A stretch of DNA of 64,000 nt from an uncultured delta proteobacterium (GCA_963699755.1 CAVOVB010000003.1:704001-768000); one strand, 5' to 3'; shown: positions 31,381 to 40,522, counted from the first letter of the stretch. Made by a program: numbers and translations. The notes: generated by a model from the sequence alone, not told the origin.

Positions 31381-31614
31381 ATGTCAGACACGTATAATAA
31401 TGTCCCGATGAGCGAATCGATGGCCGCGCGCACCGAAAAGGAAGACGCGTATTGGACGGGGCCCAAGCTCATCGTGCTGAGCTTCGTGACCCTCGCCCTC
31501 GCCTTTGCCCTGCTCTGGTCGATGGCCCAAGGCATCATCGGGCCGACCCAGCACGATGCCGACTACGGCCACGAGGTGCACTTCCTGCAGCCCGGCGGCG
31601 GCCCGCTCGACTGA
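31381..31614 (+). CDS. small single-pass membrane protein
   Basis: 77 aa with one hydrophobic helix (LIVLSFVTLALAFALLW); GC3-rich codons; candidate promoter upstream. Confidence 0.7.
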   Translation: MSDTYNNVPMSESMAARTEKEDAYWTGPKLIVLSFVTLALAFALLWSMAQGIIGPTQHDADYGHEVHFLQPGGGPLD

Positions 31615-31625
31615 GCCCGTCGCGC

Positions 31626-31805
31626 CTAGAAGTCGAAATCGAGCTCTTGAGGCTCTTCGTTCTTGAGCGAGTCGTCCTCGCCTGGCTCGAAGGTCGCTTC
31701 GGAGTAGAGATCGTCCAGAGACCAACCAGCCTTGTGATGGCGGCGCAACTCTTCACGCTCGAACTCGGCTAGGTTCTGATAATTCTTTGGTCCGCTAGGG
31801 CGCAT
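31626..31805 (-). CDS. 59-aa acidic small protein (absent from the ORF track)
   Basis: MRPSGPKNYQNLAEFEREELRRHHKAGWSLDDLYSEATFEPGEDDSLKNEEPQELDFDF*; purine-rich RBS AAGGGAGGGG just before the ATG. Confidence 0.72.
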   Translation of the reverse strand: MRPSGPKNYQNLAEFEREELRRHHKAGWSLDDLYSEATFEPGEDDSLKNEEPQELDFDF

Positions 31806-31957
31806 GTCCCCTCCCTTTTGGCCAACTCGCCAGCCAGTAACTGGTATGGCGAGTGACTACTTTGTCCTACATCTGGGCACACCCTACCCAGCGCGATCGA
31901 GATGGCAAAAAAACAGACGAGATTGAAACCAAGGACCTGCGCTGGTAGACGCAATCC

Positions 31958-32728
31958 ATGAGTCGGGTGGTAGCGATCGCCAATCAGAAGGGCGGCGTGG
32001 GGAAGACGACCACTGCGGTCAACTTGGGCGCCAGTCTCGCCGTGGCCGAGCAGCGCGTCCTGCTGGTCGACCTCGATCCGCAGGGCAACGCATCCACCGG
32101 TGTCGGGATCAGCCCTGGCGACGACGACCTGGAGGGGTCCTACGAGCTGCTCCTCGGCGAGGTCGAGACGGCCGATGTGATCTACGAGACCGACATGCCG
32201 TACCTGCATGTCATTGCCGCGACGCAAGATCTGGTTGGCGCTGAGCGCGACTTGCTGCAGGCCGACGACAGCGCGATGCGCTTGCGCAATGCGCTAGATG
32301 CCGTTCGTGACGCCTACGACTTCATCATCATCGACTGCCCGCCATCGCTCGGCATGTTGACGATTAACGCTCTGACCTCGGCTGACATCGTGATCGTTCC
32401 GCTGCAGTGCGAGTACTACGCGCTCGAGGGATTGTCGCAGCTGGTGGGAACCATCGAGCGCGTGCGTGCCTCGGTGAACGAGCATCTCGAGATTCACGGC
32501 GTCCTTCTTACGATGTTTGATGCGCGCAATAACCTCGCCAATGAAGTCGCCGCCGAAGTGAGGCGCCACTTCCACGTCTACGAGACAATCATCCCGCGCA
32601 ACGTACGCCTCGCAGAGGCTCCTTCTCACGGGAAACCCGTGATCTTGTACGACGCTTCCTCGCGTGGCTCGTACACCTATCTGAACCTTGCGCGCGAGCT
32701 GCTCGATGATCTGGAGGTAGCGGCGTAG
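31958..32728 (+). CDS. parA: chromosome partitioning ATPase ParA/Soj
   Basis: ANQKGGVGKTTT deviant Walker A, DLDPQGN, DCPPSLG, IPRNVRLAEAPSHG. Confidence 0.96.
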   Translation: MSRVVAIANQKGGVGKTTTAVNLGASLAVAEQRVLLVDLDPQGNASTGVGISPGDDDLEGSYELLLGEVETADVIYETDMPYLHVIAATQDLVGAERDLLQADDSAMRLRNALDAVRDAYDFIIIDCPPSLGMLTINALTSADIVIVPLQCEYYALEGLSQLVGTIERVRASVNEHLEIHGVLLTMFDARNNLANEVAAEVRRHFHVYETIIPRNVRLAEAPSHGKPVILYDASSRGSYTYLNLARELLDDLEVAA

Positions 32729-33582
32729 TGGCGCGAAGACGCTTGGGGCGTGGATTGGACGGCCTGCTTCCGGCAGCGCCGCCCCCGTCTGAACGCTCCG
32801 CGAAGAACAGCGCGGCGATCGAGGACTTGTATCCGGGCCGGATGCAGCCGCGTGGTCGGATGGGTGCAGAGGGGCTCGCTGAGCTTGCCGCGTCCATTCG
32901 AGAGCACGGGGTGCTCGAACCGATTCTCGTTCGCAAGCGGCCGTCGGGAGGCTTCGAGATCATTGCCGGCGAACGCCGTTGGCGCGCCGCACAGCTTGCC
33001 GGTTTGAAAGAGGTGCCGATTTTTCAGCACGATCTCGGTGACGAAGCCGCGTTCGAGGCGGCGCTCGTCGAGAATCTGCAACGCGAGGACCTGAACCCGC
33101 TCGAAGCCGCCCGGGCCTTTCAGCGATTGGCCGACGACTTCGGATACACGCAGGATGCCATCGCAACGAAGATTGGCAAGGAGCGTTCCACCGTCGCCAA
33201 TGCATTGCGACTTCTGAAGCTTCCAAAAGACGTGATGGAGCTAGTCGAAGACGGCCAATTGAGCGAAGGTCACGGTCGGGCCCTACTCGCTGCGCCGAGT
33301 GTGTCGAGCATGAAGAAGCTCGCAAGGAGCGCCGTATCGAAGGGTTGGAGCGTCCGCGAAGCGGAGCGGCAGGCTCGGCGCGCGGCGCGGGGTGACGGCG
33401 ATGGAGCCGGAGCGAAAAAGGCGGGCAAGAGCACAAACGTGCAGGACCTCGAGCAACGACTGTCACGAGCCCTCGGCTCCACCACGACGATTCACGAGAG
33501 CGGGAAAGAGCGAGGTCAGGTTCGGATCAACTACGCGAGCTTCGACGAGCTGGATCGGATCATCGAGAAGCTGACTTCGTAG
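32728..33582 (+). CDS. parB: chromosome partitioning protein ParB/Spo0J
   Basis: QPR, AGERRWRA, ENLQREDL, HTH region (RSTVANALRLL), GHGRALL. Confidence 0.96.
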   Translation: MARRRLGRGLDGLLPAAPPPSERSAKNSAAIEDLYPGRMQPRGRMGAEGLAELAASIREHGVLEPILVRKRPSGGFEIIAGERRWRAAQLAGLKEVPIFQHDLGDEAAFEAALVENLQREDLNPLEAARAFQRLADDFGYTQDAIATKIGKERSTVANALRLLKLPKDVMELVEDGQLSEGHGRALLAAPSVSSMKKLARSAVSKGWSVREAERQARRAARGDGDGAGAKKAGKSTNVQDLEQRLSRALGSTTTIHESGKERGQVRINYASFDELDRIIEKLTS

Positions 33583-33595
33583 AAGTCAGCGTACC

Positions 33596-33780
33596 GGGAC
33601 GCGGGGGAACGCGACGCGAGGGTTCAACGGACGACCCGGATTGCAAGCGTGGCCGGAAGGGCTGGGGCCCGAGGCCACGCAAGCCGGGCCTCGGAGCTCG
33701 CGGCCATCCGGGGTGGCTGCTGTCTTGCGGATCGTCAGTCACGCGCGGCCGAATCCCCGCATCGCGGTCCCCCGCGCCCC
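33596..33780 (-). ncRNA. putative structured ncRNA, ~185-nt irregular rod (family unknown)
   Basis: 30-nt terminal arms 33596-33625 and 33751-33780 plus nested inner helices; non-Watson-Crick positions are mostly G-U on the minus strand. Confidence 0.45.
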
Positions 33781-33869
33781 TCCATAAGGAGACATGAACA
33801 ACCCCCCCAACACCCGCGGCAGCGCGAGCCCGAAGGGCGAAGCCCGGTGCAACGTGCCGGCAAGGCAGA

Positions 33870-33888
33870 GCGGTGTAATTAAACCGAA
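33870..33888. repeat. dispersed degenerate repeat core (copy 2)
   Basis: GCGGTGTAATTAAACCGAA versus GCGATGTAACTAGACCAAA at 5520. Confidence 0.5.
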
Positions 33889-33905
33889 GCGCCAGCGCCC
33901 GTGAA

Positions 33906-34757
33906 TCACATGATCCGCGCTTCGGCAGCGTCTACCGTATTGCTCAGCAACATCGCAATCGTCATCGGCCCGACGCCGCCCGGCACCGGCGTGATGTAGG
34001 ACGCGCGTTCCTTGGCGCCTTCGAAGTCGACGTCACCGGTGAGGGTGCCATCGTCGAGGCGGTTGATGCCTACGTCGATGACCACGGCGCCGTCCTTGAT
34101 CCAGTCGCCCTGGACTAGGTTCGCGCGGCCAACTGCGGCGATCACGATATCGGCCTCGCGAACTCGTGCGGCGAGGTCTTCGGTGCGCGAGTGGGCGATG
34201 GTGACCGTCGCGTGCTTCTCGAGGAGCATCAATGCAATCGGCTTTCCGACGAGCGTGCTGCGGCCGAGGACCAAAGCGCGCTTGCCCTTGGGGTCACAGC
34301 CGACGTGGTCGAGCATGCGCATACAGCCGCTCGGGGTGCAGGGACGAAGCCCCGTGCGGCCGACCACCAGAAGCCCGGCGTTGAACGGGTGGAGGCCATC
34401 GACGTCCTTAGCCGGGTCGATCGCGTCGACGATGGTTTGGTCGTGGAGGTGATCGGGGAGAGGCAGCTGAACGAGGATGCCGTCGATCTGGTCGTCCCCG
34501 TTCAGCTCGAAAATCAGCGTGAGAAGATCCGCCTCGGAGGTATCGGCCGGGAGCCGGTGCACCCTTCCTTCAATGCCGGCGCTGGCCGCCGCCCGCTCTT
34601 TGTTGCGGACGTAGACTTGGGAGGCGGGGTCTTCTCCTACGAGCACGACGTGCAAGCCTGGCCCTCGGTTGTGCGTAGCCCTGAACGCTTCGGCGCGTGC
34701 CTTGACCTCTGCCCGCACTTCTTTGGCAAGCGCCTTCCCGTCGATCAACTCAGCCAT
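33906..34757 (-). CDS. folD: methylenetetrahydrofolate dehydrogenase/cyclohydrolase
   Basis: [45 protein letters not shown]. Confidence 0.98.
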   Translation of the reverse strand: MAELIDGKALAKEVRAEVKARAEAFRATHNRGPGLHVVLVGEDPASQVYVRNKERAAASAGIEGRVHRLPADTSEADLLTLIFELNGDDQIDGILVQLPLPDHLHDQTIVDAIDPAKDVDGLHPFNAGLLVVGRTGLRPCTPSGCMRMLDHVGCDPKGKRALVLGRSTLVGKPIALMLLEKHATVTIAHSRTEDLAARVREADIVIAAVGRANLVQGDWIKDGAVVIDVGINRLDDGTLTGDVDFEGAKERASYITPVPGGVGPMTIAMLLSNTVDAAEARIM

Positions 34758-34843
34758 GGTCGGGGGTCTATCAGGAGCTCAGCCCATTCTCAAACCCGCA
34801 GGCCCAGTGGAAATCGCGGCTTGGCGTGGTATGCCGCGTCGCT

Positions 34844-37800
34844 ATGTTCGACCCGGTCTCCCCTCAGGTTTCCTTCCCCGAAATCGATGCGACGCAGCTC
34901 CTGTTCTGGGAGAATGCCCACATTTTCGAAAAGACCCTGGAAAGCGGCGAGGACAAGCAGGCCTTCGTCTTCTACGAAGGGCCGCCCACGGCAAACGGGA
35001 TGCCGCACCCGGGCCACGTGCTCACGCGCGTCATGAAGGACGTCTTCCTTCGCTACCGGACGATGTGCGGCTACTATGTGCCGCGCCGTGCCGGCTGGGA
35101 CACGCACGGCTTGCCCGTCGAGGTCGAAGTCGAAAAGGAGCTCGGCATCAGCGGACGCGAGGCCATCCAGGAGTACGGCGTCGAAGCATTCAGCCGAAAG
35201 TGCATCGACTCGGTGTTCCAATACATCGGCGAGTGGCGGAAGATGACGGAACGGATCGGATTCTGGGTCGATTTCCATTCGGCGTACGTGACCTTCCACA
35301 AGTCCTATGTCGAAAGCGTCTGGTGGGCGCTTTCGGAGATGTTCAAAGAAGGACTACTCTACCAAGGCTACAAAGTCGTTTGGTGGTGGCCACAGGGCGG
35401 CACTGCGCTGTCCGCCGGTGAGGTCGGCCAGGGTTACCAGACGATCGATGATCCCTCTGTGATGATTCGCTTTCCGGTAATCGGCGAGGAGCGGACTTCC
35501 TTTCTCGCCTGGACCACTACACCGTGGACACTTCCGTCGAACATCGCACTCGCGGTCGACGCGAAGACCGACTACGCAACGGCTGAGCTAGAAGACGGGG
35601 AGCGCCTGATCCTCGCCGCTGCGCTGGTCCAAAAAGTCGTGGGCAAAGAGGCGAACGTCATCGCGACCCGAAAGGGCTCCGAGCTCGTCGGTATGAGCTA
35701 TGAGCCTCCGTTCCACTACGCCGAGCCAAAAGAGGGCCCAGCTTGGAAGGTCGTCGACGCAGATTTCGTCTCGCTCGAGAGCGGCTCCGGCCTGGTCCAT
35801 CTCGCGCCCGCTTTTGGCGAGGACGACTTCCGGGTCTGCAAGGAAAAGGGCATGGGTTTTCTGCAGCTCATGAAGCCCGATGGTACTTTTCCGGACGAAG
35901 TCACCGACTTCGCGGGCCGTTTCTGCAAAGAGGCAGACCGTGACATCATCCGCAACCTGCGTGCGCGCGGAGTCCTCTTCAACGAGGAAGTCTACCGCCA
36001 CGACTATCCGTTTTGCTGGCGCGCCATGCAAGACCCGCTCATCCAGTATGCCCGCCGTTCCTGGTTCATTCGGACCACCCAAGAGATCGGGCGCGTCAAA
36101 GAGAACAACCAGAAAGTTCACTGGGAGCCCGAACACGTCAAGAGCGGCCGCATGGGGCAGTTTCTCGAGGGCAACGTCGACTGGGCACTTTCGCGCGAGC
36201 GGTTCTGGGGAACGCCGCTCCCGATTTGGAAAAATGACGAGACCGGCAACGTGGAGGCTGTTGGCTCGGTTGCCGAGATTCTCGAACGAAATCCGGACGC
36301 CTTCGCTCACTTCGATGAGGCCAAGGCCGCTGACCCGACGCTTCAAGATCATCTGATGGTCCACAAGCCCTGGATCGACGAAGTCAGCTGGACCAAGCCT
36401 GGCGAGGCAGGCGTGTACCGTCGTGTGCCCGAGGTAATCGACTGCTGGTTCGATTCGGGCTGCATGCCCTTCGCGCAGTGGGGCTTCCCTCACCAGAACG
36501 CAGACGATTTCGAGCGCAATTTCCCCGCGGACTTCATCACCGAGGCGGTCGATCAGACTCGTGGCTGGTTCTACTCCCTGATGACGATCAGCTCGCTCCT
36601 GTTCCCCGAGCGCGAGCTTCCACATCCTTTCAGGAACTGCGTCGTCCTGGGATTGATGACCGACGAGAAAGGCAAGAAGCTCAGCAAGCGGGACAAGAAC
36701 TACACCGACCCGCTGGTCCTCATGGATCGGGTGGGCGCCGATGCGGTTCGCTGGGCGCTCTATGCGGGCACCGTGCCTGGGCAAAACACCCGCTTCTTCG
36801 ACGACGCCGCCACCGATGCTGTCCGCGAGTTCCTTCTGAAGATTTGGAACGTCTACAGCTTCTTCGTCACCTACGCGAATATCGACGGCTGGACGGCCGA
36901 TGCGAAGCGACCGGCACTCGCCCAGCGGCCCGACATGGACCGGTGGGTGATCGCCGAGCTCGACGCCACCGTGCGCGCGGTGCGCCAGGAGCTCGATGAT
37001 TATAAAAGTCACATGGCGGTACGACATCTCCTCGGCTTCGTCGATGGGCTTTCCAATTGGTACGTTCGCCGAAGTCGCGCTCGCTTTTGGGCTTCCGATG
37101 ATACCGAAGACAAGCGTGCCGCCTTTGGTACCCTCTACGAGGCATTGGTGGATCTCACGAAGCTAGCTGCGCCTTTCATTCCCTTCATGACCGAGACGCT
37201 GTTCCAGAATCTCGTTCGCAAGGAGAATCCTGAGGCGCCGGAGTCGGTGCATTTGGCATCGTTTCCCGAGCCGAACGAAGCACGAGTCGACGACGAGCTT
37301 CGAAAGACGATGGAGCGGGTCCGGAATGTGGTCACGCTCGGGCAGCGGGTGCGAAACGAAAACAAGCTCAAGGTGCGCCAGCCTTTGGCCGAAGCGATCG
37401 TGGTCGTAGCGGACGACGCGGAGCGGCGCGGTATCGACCGTTTTGCGAGTGCGATTCGAGAAGAGCTGAACGTGCGCGAGCTCGGCTTCACACAGGAGCC
37501 GCACAGGTACGTCGAATTCGAGCTCGTTCCGAATTTCCGTGTCCTCGGACCGAAGCTCGGCAAACAGGTGCCGGCTTGCAAGAAAGCGCTTGCCGAGGCC
37601 GACGGGTCGGCGCTCTATGCCGAGATGGAAAAGAACGACAAGATCGTGGTCGAGCTTCCCAATGGTCCGATCGAGCTCACACCGAGCGAGGTGGAGGTTC
37701 GATTGAGCGCGCGGGAGGACTTCGCCGCTGCTTCCGGCTCAGGACAGGTGGTGGTGCTCGACACTCGCGTCGACGACAGTCTCCGCCGTGAAGGCTTGGC

Positions 37801-38035
37801 CCGAGAGGTGATCAATCGGATTCAGCGGGCTAGGAAGACCATGGACCTGGCGTACGAAGCTCGGATCGAGGTGATCTGGAGCGCGGAAGGCAAGCTTGCC
37901 GAAGCGATCGAAGAGCACGCCGAACGGATCGCATCGGAGACTCTAGCCAGCGGATTTTCGCAGGGAGACGCAGGCGGCGAACACGACACCGAAATCGACG
38001 GTACCCCCCTCGCCCTCTCCATCAACGCTGCGTAA
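34844..38035 (+). CDS. ileS: isoleucine--tRNA ligase, type 2
   Basis: YEGPPTANGMPHPGH, GWDTHGLPVE, WTTTPWTLP, DCWFDSG, DQTRGWF, KLSKR; long C-terminal domain without the type-1 zinc finger. Confidence 0.96.
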   Translation: MFDPVSPQVSFPEIDATQLLFWENAHIFEKTLESGEDKQAFVFYEGPPTANGMPHPGHVLTRVMKDVFLRYRTMCGYYVPRRAGWDTHGLPVEVEVEKELGISGREAIQEYGVEAFSRKCIDSVFQYIGEWRKMTERIGFWVDFHSAYVTFHKSYVESVWWALSEMFKEGLLYQGYKVVWWWPQGGTALSAGEVGQGYQTIDDPSVMIRFPVIGEERTSFLAWTTTPWTLPSNIALAVDAKTDYATAELEDGERLILAAALVQKVVGKEANVIATRKGSELVGMSYEPPFHYAEPKEGPAWKVVDADFVSLESGSGLVHLAPAFGEDDFRVCKEKGMGFLQLMKPDGTFPDEVTDFAGRFCKEADRDIIRNLRARGVLFNEEVYRHDYPFCWRAMQDPLIQYARRSWFIRTTQEIGRVKENNQKVHWEPEHVKSGRMGQFLEGNVDWALSRERFWGTPLPIWKNDETGNVEAVGSVAEILERNPDAFAHFDEAKAADPTLQDHLMVHKPWIDEVSWTKPGEAGVYRRVPEVIDCWFDSGCMPFAQWGFPHQNADDFERNFPADFITEAVDQTRGWFYSLMTISSLLFPERELPHPFRNCVVLGLMTDEKGKKLSKRDKNYTDPLVLMDRVGADAVRWALYAGTVPGQNTRFFDDAATDAVREFLLKIWNVYSFFVTYANIDGWTADAKRPALAQRPDMDRWVIAELDATVRAVRQELDDYKSHMAVRHLLGFVDGLSNWYVRRSRARFWASDDTEDKRAAFGTLYEALVDLTKLAAPFIPFMTETLFQNLVRKENPEAPESVHLASFPEPNEARVDDELRKTMERVRNVVTLGQRVRNENKLKVRQPLAEAIVVVADDAERRGIDRFASAIREELNVRELGFTQEPHRYVEFELVPNFRVLGPKLGKQVPACKKALAEADGSALYAEMEKNDKIVVELPNGPIELTPSEVEVRLSAREDFAAASGSGQVVVLDTRVDDSLRREGLAREVINRIQRARKTMDLAYEARIEVIWSAEGKLAEAIEEHAERIASETLASGFSQGDAGGEHDTEIDGTPLALSINAA

Positions 38036-38045
38036 GGGCCCCCGG

Positions 38046-38951
38046 TTACCTACGACGCCAGCGGGGCCAGAGTATGGCTACGAGCAGGAGAACGGGGATT
38101 GCAAAGAGCTGCGAGGTGCTGAGGCCGAGTAGCTCGCCGCGCTCGTCGGCGCGCCAGAACTCCAAGACGAATCGCAGCACGGCGTAGAGGCCGATGAAGG
38201 CGAGGATGACCTGACCGTCGAAACGCTTCCTCGGTTGGAGCCAGAACAAGAGAAAGCCCGTGATCGCGAGGCAACCGACGGCTTCATAGAGCTGCGTGGG
38301 ATGAACCGGAAGCGAGGGAAGATGAGGAGCTTCGAGTAAACCTGCGCGCCATTGCGATTCGCTGGCCGGGGAGAACGGCGGGAAGCTCACGCCGAATGCT
38401 TGCACGGTCCGCACGCCGAAGCAGCAGCCTCCGAGGAAGCATCCCAGTCGGCCGAAGACCAGTCCCGAGGAGATGGCGATTGCGGAGATGTCCATGCCTC
38501 GGTAGAGCGGAACGCCTTCCCGTTTCAAGAACCAGATTCCGAACACCGACGCGGCCAAGAGACCGCCATAATAGGTGAGGCCGCCTCTCCAAAACGCCGC
38601 CCAGGCGAAGCAGTCGCGCTCAAGCGGCCGGCAAACTTCCCGGGCCGCATCCCAGACGCCCCCGGCCCGTGCGCATTGTGTGGCCGTGATCTCCCAGGTG
38701 ACTTTCGCCGGGTCGGTGCAGAGGTGAACGTAATCCCAGAAATAGCCATCGGCGAATACGTGCAGCAAGCGTGCGCCCAAGACGCCGAAGATCACGCAGA
38801 ACAGACCCAGATCGATGAAGGTTTCCGGATCGAGCCCATCCTTCTTCGCAAGGCGCGCCGCCAGCCAGGTCGCAAACGCAAAGCCGATCAGCAGGAGCGT
38901 GAAATACGCTGGTATCGGTTCTCCAAAGATCTCCGCGAGCGTCGGGAACAT
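38046..38951 (-). CDS. lgt: prolipoprotein diacylglyceryl transferase
   Basis: GARLLH, GGLTYYGG, GRLGCFLGGCCFG, HPTQLYE, RFVLEFWR. Confidence 0.93.
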   Translation of the reverse strand: MFPTLAEIFGEPIPAYFTLLLIGFAFATWLAARLAKKDGLDPETFIDLGLFCVIFGVLGARLLHVFADGYFWDYVHLCTDPAKVTWEITATQCARAGGVWDAAREVCRPLERDCFAWAAFWRGGLTYYGGLLAASVFGIWFLKREGVPLYRGMDISAIAISSGLVFGRLGCFLGGCCFGVRTVQAFGVSFPPFSPASESQWRAGLLEAPHLPSLPVHPTQLYEAVGCLAITGFLLFWLQPRKRFDGQVILAFIGLYAVLRFVLEFWRADERGELLGLSTSQLFAIPVLLLVAILWPRWRRR

Positions 38952-38975
38952 TCCGTTGGATTCCAAGCGGCCAAG

Positions 38976-39587
38976 TTAGCCCGCCGGAACCTCCACGCGA
39001 TCAACGCCCGCCTGCTTCTGCCGCCGCCCGTCCACGAAGCCTTCGATTAGAATTAGTGCGACCCCGATCGTGATCCAGGCGTCGGCCACGTTGAACGTTG
39101 GGTAGGCCCAGCGTTCGTTGAGGTGGAAACGCACGAAGTCTACGACGTAGCCGAGGTTCACGCGATCGACGAAATTCCCGATGGCGCCGGCCACGATCAA
39201 GGGAACACTAATCGCGAAGAGCTTGCCCCCGCGGCCCGTGATGAACATCCAGAGCAGGAGCACGACGGCACCCGCGGCGGCTGCGTAGAATACGCCTTTG
39301 CGGATCGAGCTTGGCATGTCGCGCATGAACCCAAAAGCAGCACCACAGTTCTCCGCGTAGCGAAGCTCGAGGATCCCATCGATGAGCACCACCGGTGGGA
39401 GCTGGGTCCGCTGCGGCTCGACCCGAGCGAATTCGTTTGGCTGGCAGGCCGGGTCCGCGGCCCGTGAGGAGGGCTGAGAAAGCCGCTGGAGCGCCCACTG
39501 CTTGCTGCCGAGGTCCATGGCGGTAAGCACGCCGATGGCGGCGAGGCACAGGACGAGCGCCTGGCGGGAACGTGGGGTGCGAGTCAC
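38976..39587 (-). CDS. lspA: lipoprotein signal peptidase II
   Basis: DLGSK, ENCGAAFG, GAIGNFVDR, VVDF, FNVAD; GTG start at 39587 inferred. Confidence 0.93.
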   Translation of the reverse strand: MTRTPRSRQALVLCLAAIGVLTAMDLGSKQWALQRLSQPSSRAADPACQPNEFARVEPQRTQLPPVVLIDGILELRYAENCGAAFGFMRDMPSSIRKGVFYAAAAGAVVLLLWMFITGRGGKLFAISVPLIVAGAIGNFVDRVNLGYVVDFVRFHLNERWAYPTFNVADAWITIGVALILIEGFVDGRRQKQAGVDRVEVPAG

Positions 39588-39682
39588 GGCCGGCGACTGT
39601 AACAGTTGGATTTCACGGGTCAAAGCGACCCGCTGAATCGATTGTGCATGGTCGAAACGCCACAATTACAAAGCATTACGAA

Positions 39683-39730
39683 GTTGTGACACAGATCCCC
39701 TTGTGCCTGTATCACGTTGTGTTACAGATC
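39683..39730. promoter_or_regulatory. operator-like direct repeats
   Basis: GTTGTGACACAGATC (39683-39697) and GTTGTGTTACAGATC (39716-39730), 13/15 identical, 33 bp apart; related TGTATCACG between them. Confidence 0.55.
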
Positions 39731-39734
39731 GAGC

Positions 39735-40274
39735 ATGAGCGACGGCGACGACGCGAAGAGCCGAAAGGACGGCCGCAAAGAGCGGGTGCTCCATACGCGC
39801 GTACCGGCAGTCCTCGAGCAGGAGCTCAAACGGGTCGCCAACGCCTGGCGAGTGCCGGTGTCCAATCTCGTTCGCGCACTGCTCGAGGATGCGCTCGACA
39901 CCATCGACGTCGTCGGCGCCAAGGCAGAAGGTGAGCTCCGCGAAGTCGCGGCGCTGTTGGCCTCCGAGCGGCATCGGTTTCGCCGGAAGTCATCGGCGCA
40001 GCTGAGCAAGATTCCCGGCGCCGCCCAAGTGATTGCCGACGTCACAGAGGCTGTGGAGCAACGCGCGCCAGCTCCCGATCCGCTCGCCGGTGCGGTTGGG
40101 ATGACTCCGATCATCTTGGTTCACGACGCGGTTTGCGGCGTGACCGGAGCAAGGCTCGCCGCCGGCTCCGAGGCCTACATGGTCCTCTTCGATGACCCCG
40201 GCCGAAAACTAATCACGGGCAGGGACATCCTGCCTCGCGCATCGACACCCAACGAGGAGAAAGCCGATGACTGA
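39735..40274 (+). CDS. putative ribbon-helix-helix DNA-binding protein
   Basis: ERVLHTRVP..LEQELK..A....VPVSNLVR.LLE strand-helix-helix pattern. Confidence 0.65.
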   Translation: MSDGDDAKSRKDGRKERVLHTRVPAVLEQELKRVANAWRVPVSNLVRALLEDALDTIDVVGAKAEGELREVAALLASERHRFRRKSSAQLSKIPGAAQVIADVTEAVEQRAPAPDPLAGAVGMTPIILVHDAVCGVTGARLAAGSEAYMVLFDDPGRKLITGRDILPRASTPNEEKADD

Positions 40275-40518
40275 ACAACAGAATATTCAATCCACGATCG
40301 AAGAGAACGTAAACGCAGCTGTCGATCAGGTCAGCAAGACCGCTGAAGGCGCCGTGACTTTGGGCCGCAGGGTCGCCGGTTTGTGGCTGGGGGTGACGCG
40401 CACCGCAATCGAGGCGGCCGCAAGCACCCTCGCCTCCACATCCGAGGTGATCAGCGCGCTCGCGGAGTCCATGGGCGAGCTTTCCGACCGCGTTCAAGGC
40501 TCGGCCAAGAAGGCTTAG
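40267..40518 (+). CDS. small amphipathic-helical hypothetical protein
   Basis: GAGGAG RBS, overlaps the upstream gene, 83 aa Ala/Ser-rich helices. Confidence 0.7.
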   Translation: MTEQQNIQSTIEENVNAAVDQVSKTAEGAVTLGRRVAGLWLGVTRTAIEAAASTLASTSEVISALAESMGELSDRVQGSAKKA

Positions 40519-40522
40519 TCCC

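Noticed and set aside
31535..31756. 73-aa minus-strand track ORF
   Set aside because: The alternative frame 31626-31805 has an RBS, better codon usage and no overlap
33566..33590. GAAGCTGAC resembling an RNase P RNA 5' end
   Set aside because: It is a 9-bp hairpin across the parB stop; no GAGGAAAGUCC core
36445..36460. GGTTCGATTC T-loop-like motif
   Set aside because: Encodes the conserved WFDS motif of IleRS; no tRNA fold
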